DNA of 61,282 nucleotides, counting the filler, from Sphacelaria rigidula (taxonomy: Eukaryota), in NCBI GenBank assembly GCA_964200075.2. It is 7 parts of 7 records of this genome, joined end to end, with 100 filler letters (N's around TTAATTAATTAA, not from the genome) between each part and the next. Parts side by side here need not be neighbours in the genome. Positions count along the whole stretch, not along the records: positions 8,771 to 17,440 come from CAXNAA020010442.1; positions 17,541 to 26,209 come from CAXNAA020010443.1; 5 more parts are not named here. One strand, given 5' to 3'. Position 1 is the stretch's first letter. The number at the start of each line of letters is the position of its first letter. The position numbers were made by a program, and so were the translations under genes. The notes beneath the pieces were generated by a model. That model was not told the DNA's origin. It worked only from the letters and a program-made list of their open reading frames with translations, and did not search any database. This document shows positions 11,828-24,039 of the stretch, piece after piece.

Positions 11828-13550
11828 TCACAATCTCGGCGGCGCGTCGAGATTGACCTCTCCCCACTTCCGAACGAGCGGAGTCAGCAGAGATACTCTC
11901 TGATCGGCGAGGTATTCACGGCGCACTGCAGTAGGGAGCCTTGTAAATCCCGCGATACGTCCGCGGCAGCCGGGTGCGCCGCACCTGCAATCGAAGGGAG
12001 TGCGCATCTCGAGCTCGAAGGTGTTGTAGTCGATGGACAGCGCCTCACCCGGTTGGATTGTCGGCACATCGACCGAAATCCGTAAGAACGGTTCCTAAAG
12101 GTTTCGCGAACGGGATACACAATCCAAAAGAGACAAACGTTCGAGCTGATGGTGTTGTGCCTACTGCTAGGGGAAAACATGAGGGACGGCGGCGCGCCAA
12201 ATGAACAGGGAGGCGAAACCTCATCATGCTTCCATCTGCAAACGTCTGTCTTACGTTTGCGTCGACCGGTGCATCTGGCTGGACGGCGCGGTGCGTGGGC
12301 ACACAACGTGGGCTACAAACAGCTAGGTGGTGGTTCGGCATCAACAAGCACCAAAACGACCTTCTTAGGTGAGTGACGCGCGTCGAGTGCGTACGGCCTG
12401 CGCTCAGACGTTCACCGTAAAAAGGCAAAGGAATGCCCGACACGATAAACGATAATAGGATGAGTCCTCCTTCAAGATTCAGATTCGGGCAGGAGGGGGC
12501 ATTGACGCGCGTAAAAAGGCGGAGCGCACCCGTTTATATCAATGGTTCGCTCCCCACACACTCATGTTTCACTTTTCTTTTGCTAAGTGAAGCGTCGAAC
12601 AGTTGTACCTGTATCAAGATTACACCAACTCTTGACACTTGTCGCAACATGCCAAACACTGCTCCGGTCCAACCGACGCCGTCCATGAGGCACATGAGAT
12701 CGCTCATGCATTAAGCACTCACAAGCCCCCTCCCCCCCCCGTGCCCAATGCATACATTTGCCCGCACTTCCGTCTTCTGCAGAGAACACTTGCCTGTGCC
12801 CCGGAGGCTGGAAAGGCCTCCAGGCGACAGTTGGGGTCGCAGCTGTGGTTTATGAACCGTAGGTCCCCTGGGCAGTCTAAATGGACTCCTTCCGCCACTT
12901 GCACGCTGTGCCGCACGGGTCGGTCCAGAACAAGCCCCGTCACGTGATCGAATACAACATATCCTTTGTGCAACGGATCACGACCTGCGACTACGAAGCT
13001 GGTGAGATGATCATGATGATGGTGACGACGACGGCGACGACGACGGCGGCGACGACAGCGATACATGTTGACGGTGATATATCCAAGAATTTTACAACGG
13101 AAATCAATTGGTCACAGGGAAAACGTGGCGTTTAATCTCGTTTCGCATCACCGCAGTTTTCGCTGTATTGTAGGATCAACACAATCACGACCCAGAGATA
13201 TCAGGTGGGCTATACGTTGCTGGGAAAGGTTGACGGCTAGGGAGGGACTCTCACTATTGTAAGAGGCTAGAAGGTCGAGAGCACGGAACCGTCGCCAACC
13301 TCGATACCAACGGCTGCATTCTAGGGCCTAAGCTCTTAAGAGCAGGGCGGCGCGTGTACTGCGCCAAGTTGGCAGGGGGTTTTAGTGGGAGCATCTCCCA
13401 CACTGCCTTGAGCCACCGCTCGAGGCGCCTTCCCCACATGACTGCCGCGAGGTGGTCTAGCCGAGCCTTCGGGTAATCGGCACACGAAGTCGCTAGCGAC
13501 CGCCTGCGATCGCTTGCGGGGTAAGTGTTGTTGGGTTTCCTCCTTCCACT
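11828..13550 (-). CDS. Compact SET-domain lysine methyltransferase with post-SET
   Basis: Exons 12794..12998 (FVVAGRDPLHKG...LRFINHSCDPNC), microexon 12255..12278 (PDAPVDAN), 11828..12094 (IQPGEALSIDY...FDCRCGAPGCRG...stop); tentative upstream exon ending at 13300. NHSCxPN, ExxxDY and CxCGxxxCRG motifs present. 5' end uncertain. Confidence 0.85.
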
Positions 13551-14419
13551 GAAGAAAAAAACCCGGCTGCATTGGTTTCGGGAGCTGGGTAATAAACGCT
13601 TGGAGATATCCCGCCTCAGAGCGCTGGGTCCCAGACTAGACTGCTGCGAGTACGGTAATGTAAGAAAAACATCCACAGTTCCGAAACATCGGCTACTCTA
13701 AGCTGCAACACGTTTGCCAACCCTTAGAGTGCGCAGTTGTGCCGGTGGTCTTTTGTTGACCTAGCTATCCTGGGGGTTCAGAATAAGTGTCTTCCCATGA
13801 AAGACACAGTACCCACACATAGAAACACGGGGGTCCTGACCCGCCGGGTCGTTGCGACCCACACATACATCCGTTTCGTAGAGAAACACAGCACAGTATC
13901 GTACACTGATATTGGGCGTATGAAGACCACCATGGGCAGTGAGCGTGCCACCACCGCATGTTGCATGTCATATTCATTGGTTTCACAAGCAGTACTGTAG
14001 CCTATACGAGCGCGCCGCTATGAGAGTGTTCGCAGCAGACAAACGACGCCCCAAAACTCAAACCTACGTGCTCAACCATGGGTACAGATGCTACACTTGC
14101 CATACTCCCGAAGACAAAGGGGAGGTTTGTTCAGAAAGAAGCAAACCGTCGTTTATTGCAAACATCGAATTGGCCAAAGAGGCGTCTATTAGTTCAGCCG
14201 CTCTCTTAGGGTTACGGAGGAACAGTCAAATAGTCAGCCTCCTTTTTACTATTTCAGTCGCTTTTTGAGGGTCACGGAGGAACAGTCGAATAGTCAGCCC
14301 CAAGCGTTCACTTTGCGGGAAAGTCCACGGATAGTCAAAACAAGGAAACGCAAATCAGCGTAGGTTGGAGACACAAAAGGCGGACAGAGAGAGCATAGAA
14401 GGAGTTGGGCCAGTTCGAC

Positions 14420-14620
14420 AGGGGCCAACAAGTTTTATCGATTAGGTGCGCCTTTTGATCGATTAGGTGCGCAGGCCAACAAGTTTTATCGATTAGGTGT
14501 GAAGGAGGCGGGGCTGCGCAGGGGGGCCAGCTTCCGGGCGTGGCGCGAGGGCATCTACGCGCTTGAAAAGGCGGAAGGCGGCGGGGCTGCGCAGTGGGCA
14601 GCTTCCTGGCGTGGTGCAAT
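14420..14620. repeat. Short internally repeated element fragment
   Basis: GGCCAACAAGTTTTATCGATTAGGTG x2, ATCGATTAGGTG x3, GGCGGGGCTGCGCAG x2. Confidence 0.55.
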
Positions 14621-14749
14621 CACATATACCGGTATGTCTGGTCACTGTGGTATATCTGTACGCACTGTGAAACAGGCTGCCAGCTAGCGGGAAGCAGCTA
14701 CTGTCGAAAGCAAAGTGGCACGGGTTTCTGGCTCCATCGCAGACATCTG

Positions 14750-16047
14750 TGTATTGCCGTCCAGATCATCCTGAGCTGTCGAGTTGTACTGGCTCAATCG
14801 CACACGTTTGTGCATTGCCGATTCCGGATCATCCCGGAGCTGTCGAGTTTGTTCGAAGTGCAGAAAACCTACACTCATGTTAAATGTTTTCTGACTCACT
14901 CACACCCAGGTGTGTGTATTGCCGCTCTGGGCCATCCCGGAGTTGTCGAGTTTCATCGAAGTGCAGAAACCTAACGCGCTGAACCAACCTCTCCAGGACA
15001 TCCTAAAGGTTGCCGTCTGGTCAAATAGCGTGTTGCACATACTTTTCTCGAGCTTGTTGCACATACGCTTCGCGATCCGGGCTGCCGAAAATGTTTTCGG
15101 GTTGCAGTCAAAAATGAGTTCCAAACAGTGCAGCAGGCTTCTGACTCAATTACACTGTGTGATTGCCGTTTCGATCACCTATCAAAACTTTCGAGTAGTC
15201 TTCGAAGGGCAGGAGTCTGCGTAAAGAAATGCCTATGCTGAACCAACCTCTCAGGGAAATTCACAGGAGGTTGCCGTCTGGTCAGTTAGCGTTGCACACG
15301 TCAATAGCGTGTCTGCACGTACGCTACTCGACCCGGGCTGCCGACTTCGGGTTGCAGCAATACAAGGAGCTCCAACACAGTTCGACCGGCTTCTGACTCA
15401 ATTGCACGTGTGGTTGCCGTTTCGATCACCTATCGGAGCTGTCGAGTCGTCTTCGAAGTGCAGAAGCCTGTGTAGCGAAAACAACATATATGCTGAACCA
15501 TCCTCTGACGGAATTTCGTGGGAGGTTGCCGTCTGGTCAGCAGCGTTGCACATATGCACGCTCCTTGACCGGGCTGTCGGGAATTTCCGAGTTGCAGCGA
15601 ACTAAAAGCACCAAAATTCAGCAGGCTTCTGGCTCGATTGTCATGTGCAATTGCCGTTTCGATTGTATATCGGAACTGTCGAGTCATCTTCGAAGTGCAG
15701 AAGTCTGCGGGCCAAACGCCTATGCTGAACCAACCTCCTACGGAAATCCACGGGAGTTTGCCCTCTGGTCAATTAGCGGATGGTGCAAACGCTTCTTGAT
15801 TCAGAGTGCCGAAATACGTCGGGAGCATATATATATATATATATATCAGTTAAAACTTTGAATCAATCGCGCCCAGAGGTGGTCGCCGTTGCGATTGTAT
15901 TGCAACTGTCGAGTTCTGTTTTTTTTCTTACAAGTACAGAAGCCTACGAACGCCGGTGAATCAACATCATACGATGTTGCTGTTTCATCCCGGATGTTCG
16001 ATTACTTACCGGCGCTGTCAGGCGTCTTCGAAGTGCAGAAACCGGTG

Positions 16048-16078
<31 letters not shown>

Positions 16079-16500
16079 CTGGACCAAATCTCTCACGGAA
16101 ATCCTCGAGAGGATGCCGTCTGGTCAGTAGCGGTGCACGTGTGTACACTCCGTGGCCCGGGCTGTCGAAAACCTTTCGAGTTGCAGCAAACAATATGTTC
16201 AATATATATATATATATATATCAGCAAGTTTTCTGCCTCACCTGTCCTGTGTACTAGCCGTTTCGATTGTATATCGATCCCCCGAATATCCACGGGGGGT
16301 TGCCCTCTGGTCAATTAGCGGATGGTCAAGACGCTTCTTGATCCAGAGTGCCGAAAGAATTCGGGAAGCAGCCAAATAAACATCAGTCAAAACTTTGACT
16401 GTCTATGGGAACGGTCGAGTATAATTTTCTTCGACGTACAAAAGCCTACGTACGCCACCAAATCAACATCAGAGGATATTGCCGTTTTCATCATGGACGC
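14750..16500. repeat. Degenerate satellite-like tandem array, ~250-bp period
   Basis: GTTGCCGTCTGGTCA..TAGCG near 15010, 15270, 15525, 15757, 16112, 16299; TTCGAAGTGCAGAA near 14833, 14956, 15452, 15689, 16027; interrupted by (TA)n. Confidence 0.8.
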
Positions 16501-16965
16501 TTGATGTGTCCGCGATGTAGAGCGTGTGTGTGATCGTCGGTCAAATATCGAATCCGTCGGCACAAGTGTTCTCTGTTTTATTTATATATATATATATATA
16601 TATTCCCGCGGGGGGGGGGGGCATGACAGAAATGGCGTGATCGGCAAAAAGCCATCATCAAAACGCCGGCGAGCGAAAAACAAAATCACACACACACACA
16701 CACACACACAACAACGACGCATCTCGACAGCTGATTTCTCCAGCTTGCGATAGGAAGACGAGGCTTCTCTACGGGTCAGGTTAGCGGGGCTACTGTCCAA
16801 ACTATTCACGAAAGTTTGACGATGCGTTTCCACCTCGGCGTGATGCTCGCATGTGTTTGAAACCCGAACACCAGTGGCCGCCGCTCGTTGATATTCGTCG
16901 CTAAACTTTTGTTATCCCATATTGGCCCATGTCCGCATGACCGCCTTATTGTTTCTCTACATTAG

Positions 16966-17418
16966 ATGCCTGCGGCGACGAGGTCGTCGACTGGGGGTAC
17001 TCCACGGGGGCACGGCCGCGGGGGCGCCCGTACTACACGGCGCGCGCCCGGTAGATCGGGGTCGGGGCGTGCACCACCCAGGGCGCGGTCGGCCGCACCT
17101 CTACGCGGGGAGGGTCCGCTCACGGCAGCCGAGGCAGCCGCGTTGTGGGCGCGGCTGGAGGAGATGCAAGCCGAGCGCGATGCGGCCGCAGTGGAACGCG
17201 ACGAGGCCCGTGGCACGGTTCAGCAGCTTCAGGCCCTGGAGGCAGACCGCGCCGCGGCAGAGCCACCAGCGACGTCGGGGGACCGCCGTCGCGAGAACGA
17301 GGATTTTGACGCTGGCGAAGGACGGCCTGCGGTTCACGATTTGACGCAGCCGCGTGTTTCAATCGCGTCGACCTCGCACGTCCAACAGGCTCGTGCGAAA
17401 GAGAGCATAAAAGCGTGA
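16966..17418 (+). CDS. GC-rich ORF with basic N-terminus and coiled coil, possibly a TE accessory/ORF1 fragment
   Basis: ATG preceded by an acceptor-like ctacattag; heptad region LWARLEEMQAERDAAAVERDEARGTVQQLQALEA; lies at the contig end. Confidence 0.35.
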   Translation: MPAATRSSTGGTPRGHGRGGARTTRRAPGRSGSGRAPPRARSAAPLRGEGPLTAAEAAALWARLEEMQAERDAAAVERDEARGTVQQLQALEADRAAAEPPATSGDRRRENEDFDAGEGRPAVHDLTQPRVSIASTSHVQQARAKESIKA

Positions 17419-17440
17419 TACAACCCGACAATGATGAAGT

Positions 17441-17540
17441 NNNNNNNNNNNNNNNNNNNNNNNNNNNNNNNNNNNNNNNNNNNNTTAATTAATTAANNNN
17501 NNNNNNNNNNNNNNNNNNNNNNNNNNNNNNNNNNNNNNNN
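17441..17540. other. Artificial contig-join linker
   Basis: N44-TTAATTAATTAA-N44. Confidence 0.98.
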
Positions 17541-17949
17541 GATGCTCTGGTACATGGAAAATTTGGCACATGCTGGTGTAATAACATCGATGATGCTAGT
17601 TTCTCGAGCGATTGGTAATCGCCGAGCGAGAACACACAAAGGACATGGGCGAGGAGCTTCCTCTCTGTCGTTGCTTCTCTCTCTGGTGATATCGTCATCG
17701 CCACGCGTGTACAACGCATTCGTGAGGTGCACCTATCCACAGCTGCTTAAGTGCTGTGGGCATTTTGGGCGGAAGATGGCTTTTCTCAGTCGCAATTGTC
17801 TCGCGTCTTCTCTGCAAAAGAGAAATGCCCCTTCAACCTCATTTTTTGGATGAACCCCATTTCCTAGGATCCACTAGTATTAGACAGTAGGGAGAAAACG
17901 ATGGTTATACTAGGAGATATATTGTTGCCACAGACGCACAAACAGGACG

Positions 17950-18050
17950 GGAATGTTGGAGGTGTCTCTATTAGGAGTAGGAGCGGTGCTTCATCTCGAA
18001 AGGGATGCGTGGTCAATGGTCAAGCGACTAAGGCAGGCAATAAAAGAGTA
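17950..18050 (-). repeat. Dispersed short repeat family (copies also at ~10103-10165 and 26310-26440)
   Basis: GAATGTTGGAGGTGTCTCTATTAGG and GGGATGCGTGGTCAATGGTCAA are reverse complements of 26310-26334 and 26400-26430; the motif CATTTGACCATTGACC is also at ~10128. Confidence 0.7.
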
Positions 18051-18273
18051 CCGTAATTATGCGAGTCATCGCACACCCCCTGGACCGAATGTCAAAGCTC
18101 TATCGATTACTCCATGACGAAGAGGGTGCCAATACCAAGCGACGCGTTTTCGGACAGCTATCGACGAGATCTTTCCAGCCTCGCCCTTTCCGGAACTTAT
18201 GCTCTTCTTGTTGTGGAGTGATCGAGCTTTGAATTTCGGTCCAGGGGGTGTGTGATGACTCGCACAATTACGG
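18051..18273. mobile_element. TA-target MITE with CCGTA termini (Tc1/mariner-pogo type)
   Basis: TA|CCGTAATTATGCGAGTCATCGCACACCCCCTGGACCGAA ... TTCGGTCCAGGGGGTGTGTGATGACTCGCACAATTACGG|TA. Confidence 0.9.
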
Positions 18274-21200
18274 TACCCCCCCCCTCCTCCTACGGCCCCA
18301 GAATGAGATTTCGGCGACCTGGGGGGGGGGGGGGGTGCCGTCATTTCCCGATGCGTGCAGCTGCTTGGCGCTTGATGCTGTCTCCTGTCTGCCCGAGAAA
18401 CAGCAGTTTGCAACTTATAGTCTGTGGCACACCGGGAAGCAAGTCCTGTACATGTACTTCAAAACAGGCATGGAAGCGGCTGGGACTAATTCGGGACGAC
18501 CTAGCGAGAATTTGCCGGGAAGCGGTTCGCGTCTCAGCGCCGGCTTGCTGCGGACCTTCGCGAATGTAGGGCAACGGCAATAACGCAAACACGATTTATG
18601 CTTCAATGCAACTTTACGCTTCCGTGCAACGACACATCACCATACCCCGCGTGCGTGCGGCAGACCTTCACTTCAGAGCTTAACAAGGGGCCAGCCGAGA
18701 CCACTCCGGTTTCACCCCCGCAATCCAAGGCCAACGACACAAACACCGAAATAAATTAAAATTGGAAGCGCCCTGGGCACAGGACATCTATTTGTTACAG
18801 TAAGTGGCTCCAACTCTGCAGCAACATGAAAAATCAACTGAGAACCGACCAACATCCGAAAACAGGGGTGCCGCTGCTTCGCGAGACACGGAAGTAGGAA
18901 CTTGGCAGGTACGTGGTAACGCACAAATCACAACGCTCGTTTGTGAAGGTCAATGAGGACTACATGAGAAAGGTGGCCATATCGTATGTGGAGACCACAC
19001 ATGTATGAGCGTAATGAACATCAGAATACACATGTAAGTCGGAGACACAGTCTCGGGAACGGGGTCCGCCAGTGACATACATGAGCGGACTCGAAACGTT
19101 CAAACCTGTGATACTGGATCTTTGGCAACCTAGGCAATGGGTCTCCTGTATAAGAGCTCGGAATGATAGGCCACCGCATGAACCCTGGTTGCGCGTCATC
19201 GGTACTACCGTACCGACTCATTCAGTTGTTCTTCTTGCCTACCCTCGGTCACGGCTACATCCTTACCTAAATAACAGGAGGGGGAGAGCCACGCCTCGCT
19301 CTGGAGATCCTTCGGCACCAGGGTACGACAACGCTCTACTTCGGGACCCGTTACTCTACTGCCTCACCCCTTGCGAAGCATAGTTCACACACATGGCATT
19401 TACACTTCGCCTAAATAATCGCATGCTGCTAGCGGGTTGGGGCTGTAGGGTCCCTTTTATTCCGAGTAGATATCACTTAGCGGGTACATCTCACGTCCGT
19501 TGGAAGAGGTAGAATTCAGCGCAGAGGATAAGTTCGATCCGTGGAGCGGAAGGTCCAGGAGTTTGGTCATTGCGATGGTTATGAACCTAGAAATTTACAG
19601 GTTGTGATCCTCGTGCGCAGCGTACGCGAGTGTTGCTCAAATCAAGAGTGATGCCGTGATAGCCCCACTCCCCCGAGGAAAACAAATTCTTTGATGAGGC
19701 AAAATTTACACGTGAACCACAACGACGAAAGCCAAGCACACCAAAAAACTACCATGCTTGGGATCGTTGTCACCAATGTCGCCCCAACGAGGGGCTTCAA
19801 TAAGTCTGAAGCCAGCGATCATGCGGTGTATAGTATCTTCTCTGACAGTTTTGGGGCTAGCTTTGGGGGACCTATCGTGGTTTCTCTTTCAACATGTACT
19901 GCGGCTCCACGAGGGTCTGGAGCGGTCCTCTTGACTACGTCGGGACGATATTAGGCGCAGTGTGCGTGTGAAAAGATTTAGGTTTTCGTAAGAGGTGATG
20001 ACAGCTTTCACACTTCGACCGCGATTTTCGCTGAGGCAGAGACTAGCTGGAATACTGCGATACCCTATTTCATGGAGACATACCGGAGGAGAGATTGTTT
20101 CTCGTTTTCATCCATTTTCATTCATATTTCATCATAAAATGGATAAAATGTTGAAAACTCATTTGGTTACAAAATGGGTGAAAATGGATGGAAAATGGAA
20201 TCCGTTAATAAGGGCCTGAGTGACCCAGAGCCCCATAAAGTAGTACGAGAGCAACGGGGGCAAAGCCGCGGAGGAGCTGGTCCGCGCACGGGAGCTCATA
20301 AACACCAGGGCAGCGACAAACTCCGGCTTCCCCCGCCCCATGCCACCTCATTGAAGGGTCGAATAAGCCAGCGCTTCACCTTAGCAGTACACTAAAATCG
20401 TTTGCGCACTTGATCATACCTGTGTGCCGAAGTTTGCCTTGACGAAAACCTGCGATATTCGTCGTGATCGAAGAGAGTACGGGGGCGTTTTGAATTAATG
20501 CACCCTGTCTTTGACCGTACTGCAGACCCTAAACCCTCGTCCTCAGGGCGAGCTCGTAGACTCAAGAGATCGGCTCGTCTCTGCCTCAGTAACTACTCCA
20601 CATTATGATCTCGCGGATCGGATCAGCACTTCCGCGGCGTGTCGACTCTGCTCGATTCTCGTGTCCTCTCCCTGGTGCGGGAGACAGATTCCGGCTCAAA
20701 AAGACGTATCCCACGGAACCATTGGGGTGCCAGGCAGGCCACTGGGGCGCGATGGTACACACACACATAAAACTATTGGGAATATGTTCGAACGGCTGAG
20801 ATACTCGCGGAGTCAGAGATAACTTACTGTCATAGTTTTCAAGTATTAGTGAGAACAGAAGGTGGTTGTGATGAAGCTGGGAACTTTGGTTCGAGTTCAT
20901 CTGGCAAAAAAAGGTACGAGGGTGAGTGTTAGGCTCTTGCAGCACCAATAATACCGACTGCCAAACGAAGTGAGGTATCGTTCCGCCCAGGGCCATATGC
21001 GCCCAAAAGTAGCCCTTCCTCGATCCTCTTGAAGTAAATCGGTGCACCCTCCCTCTCTTCCCGGCCCCTTCACCTCACTTCTTCCCGAACGATTTTAATG
21101 GCATTAGTAGGGGATGTGCCCAATGAAATGCCGGACTTGGACCAGAGCATAGAATATTCATTGCAATATCGCTGTTTGAACAAATTCTCTACGCTTTTTA

Positions 21201-21682
21201 CTGGTGTCGTCATGCGCGCGTGTAGCATACACACAGCACGAGAGATCAGTTCTGGTGCTAGATAGCACTTTCTGGCGCTGATTCCTTTATTCGTGCAAAT
21301 CGCACGATGGACGCACGCATCTTGATACGTATCACATATTTTTTTCATTATCCCAGTCCCCTCTCCTCTCCACTTCATATGTTACAGCTGCTTGACAACA
21401 GTTCATACGCCATGGCTGTACAACGATTTCGCATCAATCAAGTGCCCTCATCAGCGGCTTCTTCCGCGCTATACACGTCACGAGGTCCGATACTGAACCA
21501 TGCATTCCGGATATACACATTGGGGGCAGTCAAAACCACTCCTCTGTTTATTGAAAGATGAATTTACCCCATGTTCGCTGGAGATTTCCGATGGGGTTCT
21601 AATGTTTCGAATTCACAGGCTATATACAATCATATACCAATATTACACCACCGGCGGTAACAGAAATGAACGGCTTCTCCGA

Positions 21683-24039
21683 TCAGCCGCTGGACTTGAT
21701 GATCTCCTTCATGCCGAATATGTGATGATTTTTGCTAGATATATGAAACGCGAGGAATGGCGAACGGCAGCAGGACGAAGCAGAGAATAGCGACGCAGGG
21801 ATCAAATATTAATCGCGGTGGTTCGACTTCTACAGGGCTGTCAGCCTACTGTTGAATCGACATAGTGTTTCACACAACAGATGTTATTCAACTGGCTCGA
21901 GCCTGTCGATCCCATCGCATGAAGGGTATTGCATCCACGGAATATAGTGGCGATCGGGGATAAAAGAAAGCACGTAAGGCGGCATGGTATCGACACGACA
22001 TATGCGATCGCGGAAGGCGAACGGAGCCCGACGCACTCACCAATAACGCGCGATTGAATTCACTCCAAACGTTGCCCTCAACGTGCAGCCATCGAACTGG
22101 CATACGGTCGATGAGGAAGGCTGGTGTGCGACGTACCAGCTACCGCTGTTGTAAAACGCCGGCATCATACCATGCTTCACCTCATGGCATCTCCTCTGGA
22201 GCTGTTGCTCCTGCACCTTGACACCAGCTGATTGTTTTGTGTACCCACTGCCATCCTGTACCATCACACCGCACTCTTCACTGCTGCTCACGCGTGCGCG
22301 CTTCTTCCTCGAGACCGGATGCCCCTGCCAGCCTGTAGCACATGCGATATTTTCCAGTGTCACCTCCTCTGCGTGGTTGTCCCCACAAGCCTCAGCGGCC
22401 TCTTGTCTTTTCATGCTGTCACGTACACGCTTGCCGAGTTCTCGTTCTCTAAGGAGCTCATCCGGGGTCAGCTTCTTCCACGTTCCCGTAGTTGTCCCGG
22501 CAGCCACGGTATTGTCGCCGTGACCAAGGGGAACATTTCCGTCGCCGCTGTTGGCAGGAGGTTCCACCAGGAGTTCTATCACCTCGCCCCTGCGCAGCCC
22601 AGCCGCCTCCGCGGCCTTATGCTGCTCCTTCAGTTCCCGTTGCTTTCTGGCCATATCGGCCTTCATCTCCTTGCTCATCAGCTGCGCCCCTTCGTTTCCA
22701 CTCAGTCCAGCCGCTTCTAGAGCTCTTCGAGATTTTGTTCGAGGACGTCGACTAGACACGATGTTCGTTGCCACCTCTGGGATCGTGTTTGCCCCAGGCT
22801 CGCTCTTGCACGGCACAACACCCTTCCTCTCTGCAAGTAGGGTAGGGTTTTGGCGTCCCGCCTGTGCAACGGGTAACGGTGTCTGTCGTGGCTGGTGGCG
22901 CATCGATATGGAATGGATGTCTTCCGATGAAGAAGTATCTTCTTTCGCCATAGATGAGGCGGTTTCCGGTTTCTCAATGACAGCGGTTGTGGTCATTGCT
23001 GCTGCTGTTGAAGGGGTGGGTATCACCTTCGACTTTTCCCCGTCACTCTGGTGAGTCACCGGACGCGATGGAGACGGTGGAGCTTTATCCACCATCACGT
23101 TGTTCGCCGCTCGTTCGTTGATTCTTGACTCCATGGAGTCGCGTGCCGATGAAGGTGACGATGATGACAACGAAACATCGCTGGAGGCTTGGAACCTGTA
23201 GGCTGGTGGATAGGAAAGGTGCACGGGTGCCGGTGTCAAAACGTGGCTAACTGACAAACCTCCTCATGTGCACGTGGGAGCATTCGAAAAGCTTGCAAGT
23301 GGCTTTGCCGTGTGTTGGCGTGCGTGATCTGGGGGAACGACGGTGACAATACCAAGGGCAGCAGGCCGACCCACATACCACCAGACCCTTCGAACGGTGT
23401 GTGTGCCCTAAACGCGCAGTGTTTGATGGTTTCATCTGAGCGGATGGGACAGGCGGAAAACTCTATCAAATGGTGGGGTAAACTTGTCCGTTCGTTGCTT
23501 ACTGTAGAAGGTCATGGATAACATAAGCGACAATACTGGGCGCTAAACTTCGTACCGTCACCGTCTTGTGTAGCCACAATGACAACCCCTTTGCGAGAGG
23601 TGTGCATTCCCGCCTTCTTGTGGCCGTTGCAGACACTCCACGGCTCGTCCACGCGGCCGTACGTTGGAGCCTTGGAGCAGCCAGGATACTGGAGACGAGT
23701 AACGTCACAAAGTGTAATGCACATCCACCAAAGCGGCGGGAGGGGGAAATAAGCATCAAAGCACAGAATACACTGGAACGGGAGAATACTCCCGAGCCAT
23801 CCCGCCATTGCCGATGTACTGGATTGTATTTCTGGCTCCCGAAGCAGTACCCAAGTTCCACTACGGCTCACGCGGTGAAACTCTCTGTTTTGTTTACTAT
23901 TGGGTTCAAGTTTTTCGTTCAACTCGTGATCGTCCGATTTTGTGCATCATCGTACCTTGCAATGAGGCTTCTTGGTGGTCGAAATCGTCGGCATCACCGG
24001 CTCCTTGCAAAAATGCGTAATCTGTCCGTCTCTATCCAT
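21683..24039 (-). CDS. EsV-1-7 cysteine-rich repeat protein (two repeats separated by a long disordered linker)
   Basis: Exons 23956..24039 (ATG...KKPHCK), 23556..23688 (YPGCSKAPTYGRVDEPWSVCNGHKKAGM), possible 23379..23435, 22041..23202 (...CQFDGCTLRATFGVNSIARY), 21683..21734 (CKNHHIFGMKEIIKSSG*). All GT-AG and phase-consistent. C-x4-C...(F/Y)G...C-x2-H...GM is the EsV-1-7 motif. Confidence 0.85.
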
